DNA of 32,000 bases from Moraxella nasicaprae (GCF_025643275.1 NZ_CP089977.1:1860001-1892000); one strand, 5' to 3'. Shown: positions 19,524 to 28,699, counted from the stretch's first letter. The notes: generated by a model from the sequence alone, not told the origin. Translations and numbers: made by a program.

Positions 19524-21356
19524 ATGACACAACATACAATATTTAGAGAGCAGATGTTGGAGACTTTTGAAAATCTCAAGCAGGATTTTGCTCAAGCCTT
19601 AAAAGATGCTAAGCAACAAGAGCAAAATTTTGATACAGCTCTCAATCAATTTCAAAAAAATACTTTGGCTCATATTGCCAATTCCAGCAGTCAGCTTTCA
19701 TCAGAAAACCCACTATCGCCAGCCTTGCAACAAATCAATGCAACCTTGCAAAGCACCATTGGTAAATGGAATGAAAAAATTCAGCAGCAGGATAAGGGCG
19801 TAGGTTTTCGTTCTGGCTTCAATGATTCTTTATTGGTATTTGTGTATGGTAAAGTAAAGTCGGGAAAAAGCTCACTGGGCAACTATGTGGCGTGGGGCAA
19901 TACAGATCCAACACCTGAATTGCAAAAAAGTATTGATGTCAGATTTCACCCAGAATATTTTTCTGGCGAAAGAGCTGAATTTAAATATGGAGATGCGGAG
20001 CGAGAAGCTGAAAAAAATAAAAGTTTCCGTGTCGGTGCAACAGAAGCAACCAGTTCAATCCAGGGTTTTAGCTTGTCGGGTTTGACTTGGGTGGATTCTC
20101 CAGGTCTGCATTCGGTCAATGCTCAAAATGGTGATTTGGCAAAACAGTATGTTGAGCATTCGGATTTGATTTTGTACACCATGAAGTCCGATTCTCCGGG
20201 CAGGGAGTCGGATATCAGGGAGATTTTGGAGCTGTATAGAGCGGATAAAAAAATCCTACTACTTATCACAGGCAGTGATGATACAGATGAAGATGTCAAT
20301 AGCAAGGGTGAATTGGTTCAAGTCATTGTGATGAAAGACAAGGAACGCCGCCAAAGACAAATCAATCATGTGCGAGAGACTTTGGAGAAATTGCCAGAGT
20401 TGCAAGGTAAGACAGATAATATTGATATCATTTCTTTTTCTGCCAGATATGCACAGATGAACGCGGATAATGCGGTCAATTTCCATGACAGCGGCATGGG
20501 GCAGTTGTTTGAAAAATTACACCAAGTTGCCAGTGAAGAGGGTGTTAAATTAAAACAAAAAGTTCCTATGTTGAATTTCAAGCACTACATTAACGGCTTT
20601 GCCCAAGATGTCAGTGATATTGAGACTGCATTAGAAGAATTGCACCAACCGATTCAAAGAATCCAAAGAGAAGTTCCTAGATTGGTGGGCGATGAAATTA
20701 GACACATTCAATCTACCATGTATGATATTTTGCATGAAAGATTTGATGCCATCATTGCCAATCGAGAAGATAGTGCAAGCCAGGTGGAAGCTGCATTAAA
20801 TCAATTGCAAGCAACGCTACAAGAAAAGCACAATCAGCTATTTGATGAATCGCAGACCAAAATCATTACTCAGATATTATCTGAAATGGAACAAGGATTG
20901 ACCGACAGCATCAAGAACAATGCAACTTTGAGTATTCCTAAGTTTCAAATTGAGACTGTAAGAGTGGCAGAGGGTAAATATGTGGCTGGCAACAGAGGCT
21001 CCAGTGCGGCGATAGGTGCGGCAACAGGTGCAGCGATTGGCTCGGCGATACCTGTGGTGGGTACAGCCATAGGTGGTTTTGTCGGCGGTTTTGTCGGTGG
21101 TCTCTTGGGTAGGTCTTCCCGCAGGGAGACAAGGTATGTCTATGAGCGTTCTGGGGATAATCTGATGTCCATTCGCCAAGCCATCAGTAGTCAACTTCAA
21201 GACATCACCAGAGAGCATATGGGAGAGTTTCAGCAGGTGTTGATAGAGAGAACTCTAAAAACAGCCACAGATTTGCAGTTAAGCATTGAGCAAGAAATTG
21301 GGTTGTTCAAAAGTGCTGTAAATAATATTCAAAACGAGATTGAGGCAAAATTGTAA
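19524..21356 (+). CDS. dynamin-like GTPase with helical stalk and Gly-zipper membrane paddle (LeoB/LeoBC-like)
   Basis: G1 VYGKVKSGKSS, G3 WVDSPGLHS, G4-like LLITGSDD. Long helical regions. Hydrophobic Gly-rich segment GSSAAIGAATGAAIGSAIPVVGTAIGGFVGGFVGGLLG. Start set at MTQHTIF behind an AGAGG Shine-Dalgarno sequence. Confidence 0.88.
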   Translation: MTQHTIFREQMLETFENLKQDFAQALKDAKQQEQNFDTALNQFQKNTLAHIANSSSQLSSENPLSPALQQINATLQSTIGKWNEKIQQQDKGVGFRSGFNDSLLVFVYGKVKSGKSSLGNYVAWGNTDPTPELQKSIDVRFHPEYFSGERAEFKYGDAEREAEKNKSFRVGATEATSSIQGFSLSGLTWVDSPGLHSVNAQNGDLAKQYVEHSDLILYTMKSDSPGRESDIREILELYRADKKILLLITGSDDTDEDVNSKGELVQVIVMKDKERRQRQINHVRETLEKLPELQGKTDNIDIISFSARYAQMNADNAVNFHDSGMGQLFEKLHQVASEEGVKLKQKVPMLNFKHYINGFAQDVSDIETALEELHQPIQRIQREVPRLVGDEIRHIQSTMYDILHERFDAIIANREDSASQVEAALNQLQATLQEKHNQLFDESQTKIITQILSEMEQGLTDSIKNNATLSIPKFQIETVRVAEGKYVAGNRGSSAAIGAATGAAIGSAIPVVGTAIGGFVGGFVGGLLGRSSRRETRYVYERSGDNLMSIRQAISSQLQDITREHMGEFQQVLIERTLKTATDLQLSIEQEIGLFKSAVNNIQNEIEAKL

Positions 21357-21366
21357 CAGGTGTATC

Positions 21367-23004
21367 ATGACTAATGATTTTCAAGAATTGTTCAACACTT
21401 ATGACGATGTCAAGGCTCTTGTTGAAAAAGATGATAGTCAGCAACAGGATTTTGGGTCTGTCGCTAAGTGGTTTGAAGAAAAAAAGAAAAATCCTCAACT
21501 GTCCATCATGGTTTATGGGGTTTATAATGCTGGTAAGAGTACTTTTATCAATGCATTGCTCGGAGAAGAATTGGCAGCTACCGACGACATTCCGCTAACT
21601 GCCAAAGTATCTGCATATCGGTATAAAAATTATGAGATTTTAGACACACCAGGCATTGATGCACCCATTGAACATGAAAGAATTGCTGATGAGCAGTTAC
21701 TAAAATCTGACATTGTTTTGTTTGTTGTCAATCCATCAGGTGTGGTGGAGGAACAGGCAACGCTTGATAAGCTATTGTTTTTAATTGAAAAGCAAAAAAA
21801 GATTTTTTTGATTTTTAATGAAAAGCACGACTTGCAAGAGACGGATCGTATCAAATTAAAAGATCAAACTTATGCCCTAATACAGGAAAAGGCTGGTCAA
21901 AAAAATATGCATGATGTGCTTAAAGACATTCCAATTTATACCGTAAATGCAAAGCGTGCATTAAATGGTAAAAAGAAAAATAATACTCAGCTGATTGAAA
22001 TGAGTCGTATTTTGGAGGTTGAGCAAGCGATAGATAGATTTATTGATGACACTATTGAGTCTAATGATGTTTATTCATCACTTAAAACCAGTTTGCATAA
22101 TTATTTAGATGGATATATCAATCATCTGGATATTACAAACAATAGTGATGATGTCAAGAAAGCGTATAATAATGTTTTAAAAGAAATTGCTACCTGCAAT
22201 GCATCAGTCAAAGGACTGGCTAAGAGAGATATTAAAGATGCATCTTATGAATTAAAAGAACGGGTTGAAAGCTTGCTTTTATCTGCATTAAGTGGTGAAA
22301 ACGCCAATATGGAACAGCAGATTGAAGGGTTGATTAACCAACAAGTTCAGCGTGTAGATATGAGCGTCACAGATGCATTGAATGATGCAATTTTACGCAT
22401 TGGTAAATATACTGATGAATTAGAATTAATGCTTCCACAGACTTCCAGTCTAAATATTCGATTGGATAATTTTAGCCCCAATCATGATTTAGAGAAATCA
22501 TCTACTGCTTATGATGGTACTGGGATTAACACATCGTTATTGCAAAGCGGTATGCATATCATTGATCAGTTGGGCGTTGAGGGCATTCGTCAATCGCTTG
22601 CTGGCATTAAGATGATTGCACCAGATTTAATGAAAGGAATTGGCAATGTTGCCATGAAAAGAATGGCTGAGAATATTGTTAGATTTGCAGCCCCTATTGT
22701 TAGTGTTATTTCCATTGGAATGGAATTATGGAATGAACACAAGCAAAGAGAGGCGATGGAAAGACAGATGGAGGAGGAAAGACGAGCTAGAGAAAGATAC
22801 ATAGCTCAATGCCGAGATGCATCTAGAAAGTTGGCTGATGATTTTCAGATGAATCTATATCGGGAGTGGCAAAGCCAGATAGATGGATTTTTCCTACCAT
22901 GGCAACAAAAATTTCAAGAACAAAATGAGATTTTAGATGGTGAAAGTCAAGAATTGTCTTTGTTGATTATGCAGCTAAGTCAGTTAAAGGCGAAATTGGC
23001 ATAG
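21367..23004 (+). CDS. dynamin-like GTPase (LeoA-like)
   Basis: G1 VYGVYNAGKST, G3 ILDTPGIDA, G4-like IFNEKHD. Helical stalk. Hydrophobic segment IVRFAAPIVSVISIGMELW followed by a charged coiled-coil tail. Start set at MTNDFQ, 10 nt after the previous stop. Confidence 0.88.
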   Translation: MTNDFQELFNTYDDVKALVEKDDSQQQDFGSVAKWFEEKKKNPQLSIMVYGVYNAGKSTFINALLGEELAATDDIPLTAKVSAYRYKNYEILDTPGIDAPIEHERIADEQLLKSDIVLFVVNPSGVVEEQATLDKLLFLIEKQKKIFLIFNEKHDLQETDRIKLKDQTYALIQEKAGQKNMHDVLKDIPIYTVNAKRALNGKKKNNTQLIEMSRILEVEQAIDRFIDDTIESNDVYSSLKTSLHNYLDGYINHLDITNNSDDVKKAYNNVLKEIATCNASVKGLAKRDIKDASYELKERVESLLLSALSGENANMEQQIEGLINQQVQRVDMSVTDALNDAILRIGKYTDELELMLPQTSSLNIRLDNFSPNHDLEKSSTAYDGTGINTSLLQSGMHIIDQLGVEGIRQSLAGIKMIAPDLMKGIGNVAMKRMAENIVRFAAPIVSVISIGMELWNEHKQREAMERQMEEERRARERYIAQCRDASRKLADDFQMNLYREWQSQIDGFFLPWQQKFQEQNEILDGESQELSLLIMQLSQLKAKLA

Positions 23005-23010
23005 TGTCTA

Positions 23011-23043
23011 TACAACAGCAGCATTTTGCTGCTGTTGTATTTT
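23011..23043 (+). terminator. rho-independent terminator closing the GTPase operon
   Basis: 12-bp perfect stem: tacaacagcagc pairs with gctgctgttgta. The loop is 5 nt and TTTT follows. Confidence 0.85.
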
Positions 23044-23145
23044 AACATGAGATTAGTTATTTGAATGAAGTCAAGGGTTTGTTATGGCATGAGATGTATT
23101 GATTGTAATGCCTAGCAGAACATATTCAATCCAACAGGAGGTATC

Positions 23146-23790
23146 ATGACATTGGAAATTTCCCAGTTTTATCAAGATAATCGCCATCAATATCCACAAT
23201 CCATTCGTCTGCGTATCCATCGTGCATTAAGTTGGCTTGAACAAGCTGAGCGTAGTGACGATTTGGATAGTAGATTTATTTTCCTATGGATTGCGTTTAA
23301 TGCCATTTATGCCAACGATTTATCACACATCAGAAATACCGACAAAGGGGCTTTTGTTGAGTTTTTATATCGCATTTGTCAGTTCGATGTGGATAGTAAA
23401 ATCTATCATTTGATTTGGAATACATATTCTGGCAATATCCGTGTATTACTGGATAATCGTTATACTTTTCAGCCTTTTTGGGATTATCAAAATGGGTTGA
23501 TTAGCGAAAGGGCGTGGCAAGAGGATTTTGAGCTTAGTCAAAAAAAGGCCTATAACGCACTTGCTAGCAAGGATACGGTTGTTATTTTGACGGCTTTATT
23601 TTCGCATATTTATACATTGCGTAATCAGATTGTGCATGGCGGAGCGACACATCATAGTTCTGTCAATCGCCAGCAGGTCAAAGATGCTTGTGCAATTTTA
23701 TCTCGGATTTTGCCATTCATGATTGAAATTATTTTGCAAAATGCGGACAGGGATTGGGGTAAGCCTTTTTATCCTGTGGTTCAAGATTGA
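23146..23790 (+). CDS. HEPN-domain protein (putative RNase; Rx4H motif)
   Basis: 214 aa, all-helical-looking. N-terminal RIHRALSWLEQAE and FIFLWIAFNAIY helices. C-terminal YTLRNQIVHGG is an R-x4-H HEPN signature. AGGAGG Shine-Dalgarno sequence. The HEPN subfamily is not assigned. Confidence 0.7.
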   Translation: MTLEISQFYQDNRHQYPQSIRLRIHRALSWLEQAERSDDLDSRFIFLWIAFNAIYANDLSHIRNTDKGAFVEFLYRICQFDVDSKIYHLIWNTYSGNIRVLLDNRYTFQPFWDYQNGLISERAWQEDFELSQKKAYNALASKDTVVILTALFSHIYTLRNQIVHGGATHHSSVNRQQVKDACAILSRILPFMIEIILQNADRDWGKPFYPVVQD

Positions 23791-23820
23791 CATTTGGGAA
23801 TGCTTGTACCATCATTCAAT

Positions 23821-23851
23821 AAAAAAACCGCTCATCATTGAGCGGTTTTTT
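23821..23851. terminator. bidirectional terminator between the HEPN gene and mnmA
   Basis: aaaaaaa-ccgctc-atcatt-gagcgg-tttttt. Confidence 0.8.
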
Positions 23852-23865
23852 AAAAAATCAATGAC

Positions 23866-24975
23866 TTAGACAATTTTGGCATCACACCAATCAATCACAC
23901 CACCACCCAGACAAATCTCGCCATCATACAGCACCACCGACTGCCCAAGTGTTACCGCTCGTTGTGGCTCATCAAAGACCACACGGATTTTGTCGCCCTC
24001 GGTATACACGGTGCAGGCTTGGTCGGGCTGGCGGTAGCGGGTTTTGGCAACAAGTTTTTGACCGTTTTGGGGTGGGGCAGTTACCCAGTCCAATTTATAG
24101 GCGGTCAGTTCATTGCTCATCAAATAAGGGTGGTTATGCCCTTGACCGACAATCAGGCGGTTATTTTCTAGGTCTTTGTGTAGCACAAACCACGGCTCAT
24201 CAGGGCGATTTTTGACCCCGCCGATGCCAATACCGCCTCGCTGTCCGATGGTGTAATACATCAAACCATCGTGCGTACCCAGCTTGACCCCATCATCGCT
24301 ATAAATGTCGCCTTTTTGGGCAGGCAGATAAGTTTGCAAAAAGTCCTTAAATTTTCGCTCGCCAATAAAACAAATGCCTGTACTATCCTTTTTCTTGGCG
24401 GTTGCAAGTCCGTATTTTTCGGCAATCGCTCGCACGGCTGGCTTTTCTAGCTCGCCCACAGGGAATAAGGTTTTGGCAATTTTATCGCCAGAGACTGCAT
24501 ACAAAAAATAGCTTTGGTCTTTGTTTTCGTCCAGTCCACGAAGTAATTGTGCTTTATTATCAATAAGTTGCCCTTTTCTAACATAATGCCCTGTGGCAAT
24601 GTAGTCCGCCCCAAGTGTCAAGGCATAGTCCAAAAAGGCTTTGAATTTAACTTCTTTATTGCACAAAATATCAGGATTGGGTGTGCGACCTGCACGATAT
24701 TCGTCCAAAAAATGCTCAAAGACATTGTCCCAATATTCGGCACTAAAATTGGCGGTGTGCAAATGTATGCCCAATTTATCAGCAACCGCTTGTGCGTCCG
24801 CCAAGTCCTCCAAAGCGGTGCAATACTCGGTGCCATCGTCCTCTTCCCAGTTTTTCATAAACAGACCCTCTACTTGATAGCCTTGTTCTAAGAGTAGGGC
24901 GGCAGATACCGAAGAGTCCACACCGCCAGACATACCGACGATGACTTTTTTGTTGGTGTTTTGGTTCATTCTCAT
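23866..24975 (-). CDS. mnmA: tRNA 2-thiouridine(34) synthase
   Basis: [21 protein letters not shown]-loop, DQSYFLY, and RYRQ near the C-terminus. Confidence 0.95.
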   Translation of the reverse strand: MRMNQNTNKKVIVGMSGGVDSSVSAALLLEQGYQVEGLFMKNWEEDDGTEYCTALEDLADAQAVADKLGIHLHTANFSAEYWDNVFEHFLDEYRAGRTPNPDILCNKEVKFKAFLDYALTLGADYIATGHYVRKGQLIDNKAQLLRGLDENKDQSYFLYAVSGDKIAKTLFPVGELEKPAVRAIAEKYGLATAKKKDSTGICFIGERKFKDFLQTYLPAQKGDIYSDDGVKLGTHDGLMYYTIGQRGGIGIGGVKNRPDEPWFVLHKDLENNRLIVGQGHNHPYLMSNELTAYKLDWVTAPPQNGQKLVAKTRYRQPDQACTVYTEGDKIRVVFDEPQRAVTLGQSVVLYDGEICLGGGVIDWCDAKIV

Positions 24976-25018
24976 TCTCTATAAAATTTATTTCAATTTG
25001 GGGATAAAATGTGATAAT

Positions 25019-25624
25019 TCAAGATTTTTTGGGGTAAACTGTACTTGTTATTATTGCTCCAACAAATGCCAATGCCATATCTTTATGAGCGTCCCACATA
25101 TCGCCTTGTTGTCCGTTATAATTTTCAGCGTCATTTTGGGATAATACCAAAGTCAATCCCCATTCAAACCATTCATACATCAAACTGCTTGCCATATTGA
25201 TGAGTAGGGCGATGAATACGAATTGCCTGTGGGTATTTTGATAAAAGTGGCGTTTGATGACATCATAAATGAGTGGATATAATAAAAGCCCATAACCAAA
25301 ATGCACCATTCTATCATACATATTTCTTTTAAAATTAAAAGTGTCGCTAATAGAAATCCCAAAAATTGCCATACTCCATTCATCATAAGGCACATAAGAA
25401 TAAGACCATACCGCCCCAAAAATATGTAATAACAAAAAGGCTGTCATTGCATACAGGCTAGTGGTGCTTATTTTGTGTTTAACAAATAAATACGCCATCG
25501 GTATCATTAAAATGAGTGTGCCCATTTGATGTAGCAGATAACTTTGCCAATATAAAGGTTTGATGCTGGCAATCGTAATGGCAAGCAATAACACGCTAAG
25601 GCTTGTGATGAGCGGTTTTGGCAT
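25019..25624 (-). CDS. polytopic inner-membrane protein, DUF2238/YjdF-like
   Basis: 201 aa with about 6 hydrophobic segments. The family call is from overall pattern only (YDRMVHFGYGLLLYP, YEWFEW). Confidence 0.6.
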   Translation of the reverse strand: MPKPLITSLSVLLLAITIASIKPLYWQSYLLHQMGTLILMIPMAYLFVKHKISTTSLYAMTAFLLLHIFGAVWSYSYVPYDEWSMAIFGISISDTFNFKRNMYDRMVHFGYGLLLYPLIYDVIKRHFYQNTHRQFVFIALLINMASSLMYEWFEWGLTLVLSQNDAENYNGQQGDMWDAHKDMALAFVGAIITSTVYPKKS

Positions 25625-25722
25625 GGTGGTCGGGGGTGTTTTTGGGTTGATTGCAAGTTATTTTAGCACAATGCATACACAAATTGTGTTATAATTTGCC
25701 AAATTTAACCAGAGAAAATACC

Positions 25723-26202
25723 ATGCTAAAAATCGGTCAAGGACTTGATGTTCATAGTTTTACCACAGGCGACTTTATCACGCTTGGCGGTATCAAAATC
25801 CCGCACACGCACGGCATTAAGGCACACTCGGACGGTGATGTACTGCTTCACGCTTTGATGGACGCCATGCTTGGGGCGTTGGCATTGGGCGATATTGGAA
25901 TGCACTTTCCTGATACGGACGACAAATGGCGTGGGGCGGACAGTAAAGAGATGTTAAAGGTGGTAAATGATTTAATCAAATCAAAAGGTTATCATCTTAT
26001 CAATGCTGACATGACGGTCATTTGTGAAGCCCCTAAACTAAGTCCGCATAATCAATCAATGCGTGAATGTATCGCTACCATTTTGGGGGTGGGTGTGGAC
26101 TGCGTGAGTATCAAGGCAACCACCAATGAAAAAATGGGCTATCTTGGGCGTGGCGAGGGGATATTTGCAAGCTCTGTGGTGCTGCTACAAAAAGTGGATT
26201 AA
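25723..26202 (+). CDS. ispF: 2-C-methyl-D-erythritol 2,4-cyclodiphosphate synthase
   Basis: MLKIGQGLDVHSF...HSDGDVLLHALMDAMLGALALGDIG.HFPDTD is canonical IspF. Start trimmed to MLKIG. Confidence 0.95.
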   Translation: MLKIGQGLDVHSFTTGDFITLGGIKIPHTHGIKAHSDGDVLLHALMDAMLGALALGDIGMHFPDTDDKWRGADSKEMLKVVNDLIKSKGYHLINADMTVICEAPKLSPHNQSMRECIATILGVGVDCVSIKATTNEKMGYLGRGEGIFASSVVLLQKVD

Positions 26203-26325
26203 TTTTGCTGATAAAAAATTCAAAAATTAGCCAATTTGTCGGTGCGTGTATTGCACGCCAATTTAATACATTATCATAGTGGTACGCACCTGACAGATTG
26301 TAGCGGTTTTTTTAGGATGATTTGA

Positions 26326-26925
26326 ATGGGAAAATTTATGATAAATCAAAATACCGCTCTGTTGTTAATTGATTTGCAAGTTGGTTTTGATAATCACGAC
26401 CATTGGGGCGGTCATCGCAATAACCCAAACTGTGAGCAGGTTTGTTTTCATTTATTACAACAATGGCGCAATTACCAAATGCCCATTTTCCATATCAAGC
26501 ATAATTCCACCGACCCCAATTCGCCACTGAGACCCAATCAAATCGGTAATGAGTTTAAGCCCCTAACCGCTCCAATGAGTGGCGAGATTGTGATTGAAAA
26601 AACGGTTAATTCTGCGTTTATTGGCACAGATTTAGAATATCAATTAAAAGTTCGTGGTATTGATACGCTGGTGATTGCTGGTTTAACGACCAATCACTGT
26701 ATTTCTACCACGACAAGAATGGCAGGGAACTTAGGCTTTACCGCATTTGTGGTGGCGGACGGTACGGCAACTTTTGACAGAGTGGGCTTTAATGGCACAC
26801 ACTACGATAGCCAGCTTGTTCACGACATTAGCCTTACCAGTTTGCATGGCGAATTTGCCACTGTTTTGATGAGTGATGAGCTTTTGGCGGATAAATTTTG
26901 GCAAATTGGTGCGAACAAGGCTTGA
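26326..26925 (+). CDS. isochorismatase-family cysteine hydrolase
   Basis: ALLLIDLQVGF, and LVIAGLTTNHCISTT with the catalytic Cys. The start could instead be 26338. Confidence 0.8.
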   Translation: MGKFMINQNTALLLIDLQVGFDNHDHWGGHRNNPNCEQVCFHLLQQWRNYQMPIFHIKHNSTDPNSPLRPNQIGNEFKPLTAPMSGEIVIEKTVNSAFIGTDLEYQLKVRGIDTLVIAGLTTNHCISTTTRMAGNLGFTAFVVADGTATFDRVGFNGTHYDSQLVHDISLTSLHGEFATVLMSDELLADKFWQIGANKA

Positions 26926-26985
26926 AATGTGCGATATTTTCCCCAATTTATGCTAAAATAGGTCAATATCTAATTTTGGAGTACG

Positions 26986-27324
26986 ATGATGAGTGACATT
27001 AACCCAGAAATCAAATCATTGATTGAAAATCAAATCAAAGACCATGCCGTTCTGCTATACATGAAAGGCACACCTCAGTTCCCTCAATGTGGTTTTTCTG
27101 CTCGTGCAGTAGAAGTGCTGACCCAGATTGGTCGTCCTTTTGCTTTTGTTAATATCCTAGAAAATCCTGAAATTCGTGCCACTTTGCCTCTGATTGCCAA
27201 CTGGCCAACTTTCCCACAGCTATGGGTCAATGGCGAGCTGATTGGTGGTAGTGATATTATTTTGCAAATGTATCAATCAGGCGAGTTAAAGCCCTTGATT
27301 GAAGAGCACAGCCCAGAAGTCTAA
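26986..27324 (+). CDS. grxD: monothiol glutaredoxin (Grx4 family)
   Basis: VLLYMKGTPQFPQCGFS active site, WPTFPQLWVNGELIGGSDI. Confidence 0.93.
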   Translation: MMSDINPEIKSLIENQIKDHAVLLYMKGTPQFPQCGFSARAVEVLTQIGRPFAFVNILENPEIRATLPLIANWPTFPQLWVNGELIGGSDIILQMYQSGELKPLIEEHSPEV

Positions 27325-27347
27325 TCGCACGACATGGATTGACACAT

Positions 27348-27373
27348 CGACCATCTTTTGATGGTCGTTTTTT
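27348..27373 (+). terminator. rho-independent terminator after grxD
   Basis: cgaccatc-tttt-gatggtcg followed by tttttt. Confidence 0.85.
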
Positions 27374-27418
27374 ATGGGTGTCTTTGATTGATAATGTACG
27401 AAGATTGGTAGGAATTTT

Positions 27419-27751
27419 ATGCAAACCATCAAGCAAATCTCAGAACAAATCATTAGTATCTGCAACACGCCAAACACCGCATTGCAAGCTATTCATTTGA
27501 TGATGCGACACGGTGGGGCTAGCCAGCTGGCTTGGCAGACACTCTATCATCGAGTGATGAGCGATGATGATGTCGATGGTGCTTATTATTTGGCAAGTTT
27601 TGCCCAAAAGATTGACGATTTGCCATTTGAGGTATTGCCGCTGGTCAGCTTGGTATTCACAAAAGGCGATGAGAATATGCGTCTGGCATTGCTTGACAAA
27701 TTACCAGAAGATGGCAAGACTCAGCTAAAAGCCTTGGGACTGCTGGATTAG
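27419..27751 (+). CDS. hypothetical protein
   Basis: 110-aa ORF with an AGGA Shine-Dalgarno sequence. No family recognised. Confidence 0.5.
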   Translation: MQTIKQISEQIISICNTPNTALQAIHLMMRHGGASQLAWQTLYHRVMSDDDVDGAYYLASFAQKIDDLPFEVLPLVSLVFTKGDENMRLALLDKLPEDGKTQLKALGLLD

Positions 27752-27778
27752 CCGTCAGTCCTTTGGTGCATGCGTGTC

Positions 27779-28231
27779 TCATTGAAAATGGGCAATAAAC
27801 CAATCCAACGCCATGTCATAGCCCAAATCCCCCAAGCCACAAATCACACCAACCGCCTTATCCGAAAAATAAGAATGCTGACGAAACGACTCTCTGGCGT
27901 GTACATTAGACAGATGTACTTCGATGAATGGTTTGTTTAGGGCGGCTAGGGCATCACGAATGGCAACCGAAGTATGCGTGAATGCAGCAGGATTGATGAT
28001 GATGCCATCAATAGGACTGCTACTTAATAACCCAACTTCTCCAATAAAATCAACGATTTGACCCTCATGATTGGACTGCAAGGTGATGAGCTTAATGCCG
28101 TGTTCTAAGGCTTTTTTGGTCAATCGATGCTCGATGTCGTGCAGCGTTGTGCTGCCGTAGATGTCAGGTTCTCGCTTGCCAAGCAGATGTAGATTAGCAC
28201 CATTAATCAGGGCGATGGTTTTGTTTGTCAT
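27779..28231 (-). CDS. aroQ: type II 3-dehydroquinate dehydratase
   Basis: [49 protein letters not shown]. Start trimmed to MTNKT. Confidence 0.93.
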   Translation of the reverse strand: MTNKTIALINGANLHLLGKREPDIYGSTTLHDIEHRLTKKALEHGIKLITLQSNHEGQIVDFIGEVGLLSSSPIDGIIINPAAFTHTSVAIRDALAALNKPFIEVHLSNVHARESFRQHSYFSDKAVGVICGLGDLGYDMALDWFIAHFQ

Positions 28232-28492
28232 ATAATTTTCTCTGGTGAGTTTGTTTGTATTGTAGTGCATTTATGGTGTTTTTGCATTAAATTTTCAGTA
28301 CCAAGATTGTTTATGGATATTTTTTAATAAAATAGTCAATATTTTGTTGATTTTCCTGTTGTTTGCCACTTGTATTCTATTTTTATCGTGGTATGATGAA
28401 AAGGTCTGAAAGCAAATCAGACAGATGAATTAGGCGATTTTGCCGACTGTGAACTACTGGGCTTGCCCCATCGATTGTCAAGGAAATTAGTT

Positions 28493-28699
28493 ATGTCTCG
28501 TGAACAAGGCACTGTAAAATGGTTTAATGACGCTAAGGGTTTTGGATTTATCCAGCGTGCAACTGGTGAGGATGTGTTTGTGCATTTTCGCTCAATCCAA
28601 AGCGAGGGTTATCGTTCACTAAAAGAAGGGCAGGCGGTCGAATTTGTGGTTACCGAAGGCGAAAAAGGATTGCAAGCCGAAGAAGTGACCAAATTGTGA
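28493..28699 (+). CDS. cold-shock protein (CspA family)
   Basis: [15 protein letters not shown] (RNP1) and DVFVHF (RNP2). Start trimmed to MSREQG. Confidence 0.93.
   Translation: MSREQGTVKWFNDAKGFGFIQRATGEDVFVHFRSIQSEGYRSLKEGQAVEFVVTEGEKGLQAEEVTKL

Noticed and set aside
20877-21218. A 113-aa antisense ORF (and 20938-21132) opposite the Gly-rich paddle of GTPase 2.
   Set aside because: It is a shadow ORF. GGN-rich sense codons leave the opposite strand open. The composition is Arg/Thr/Cys/His-rich and there are no start signals.
13000-23851. The island as a prophage, integrative element or transposon.
   Set aside because: No integrase, transposase, phage structural gene, tRNA attachment site or flanking direct or inverted repeat was found in the window.
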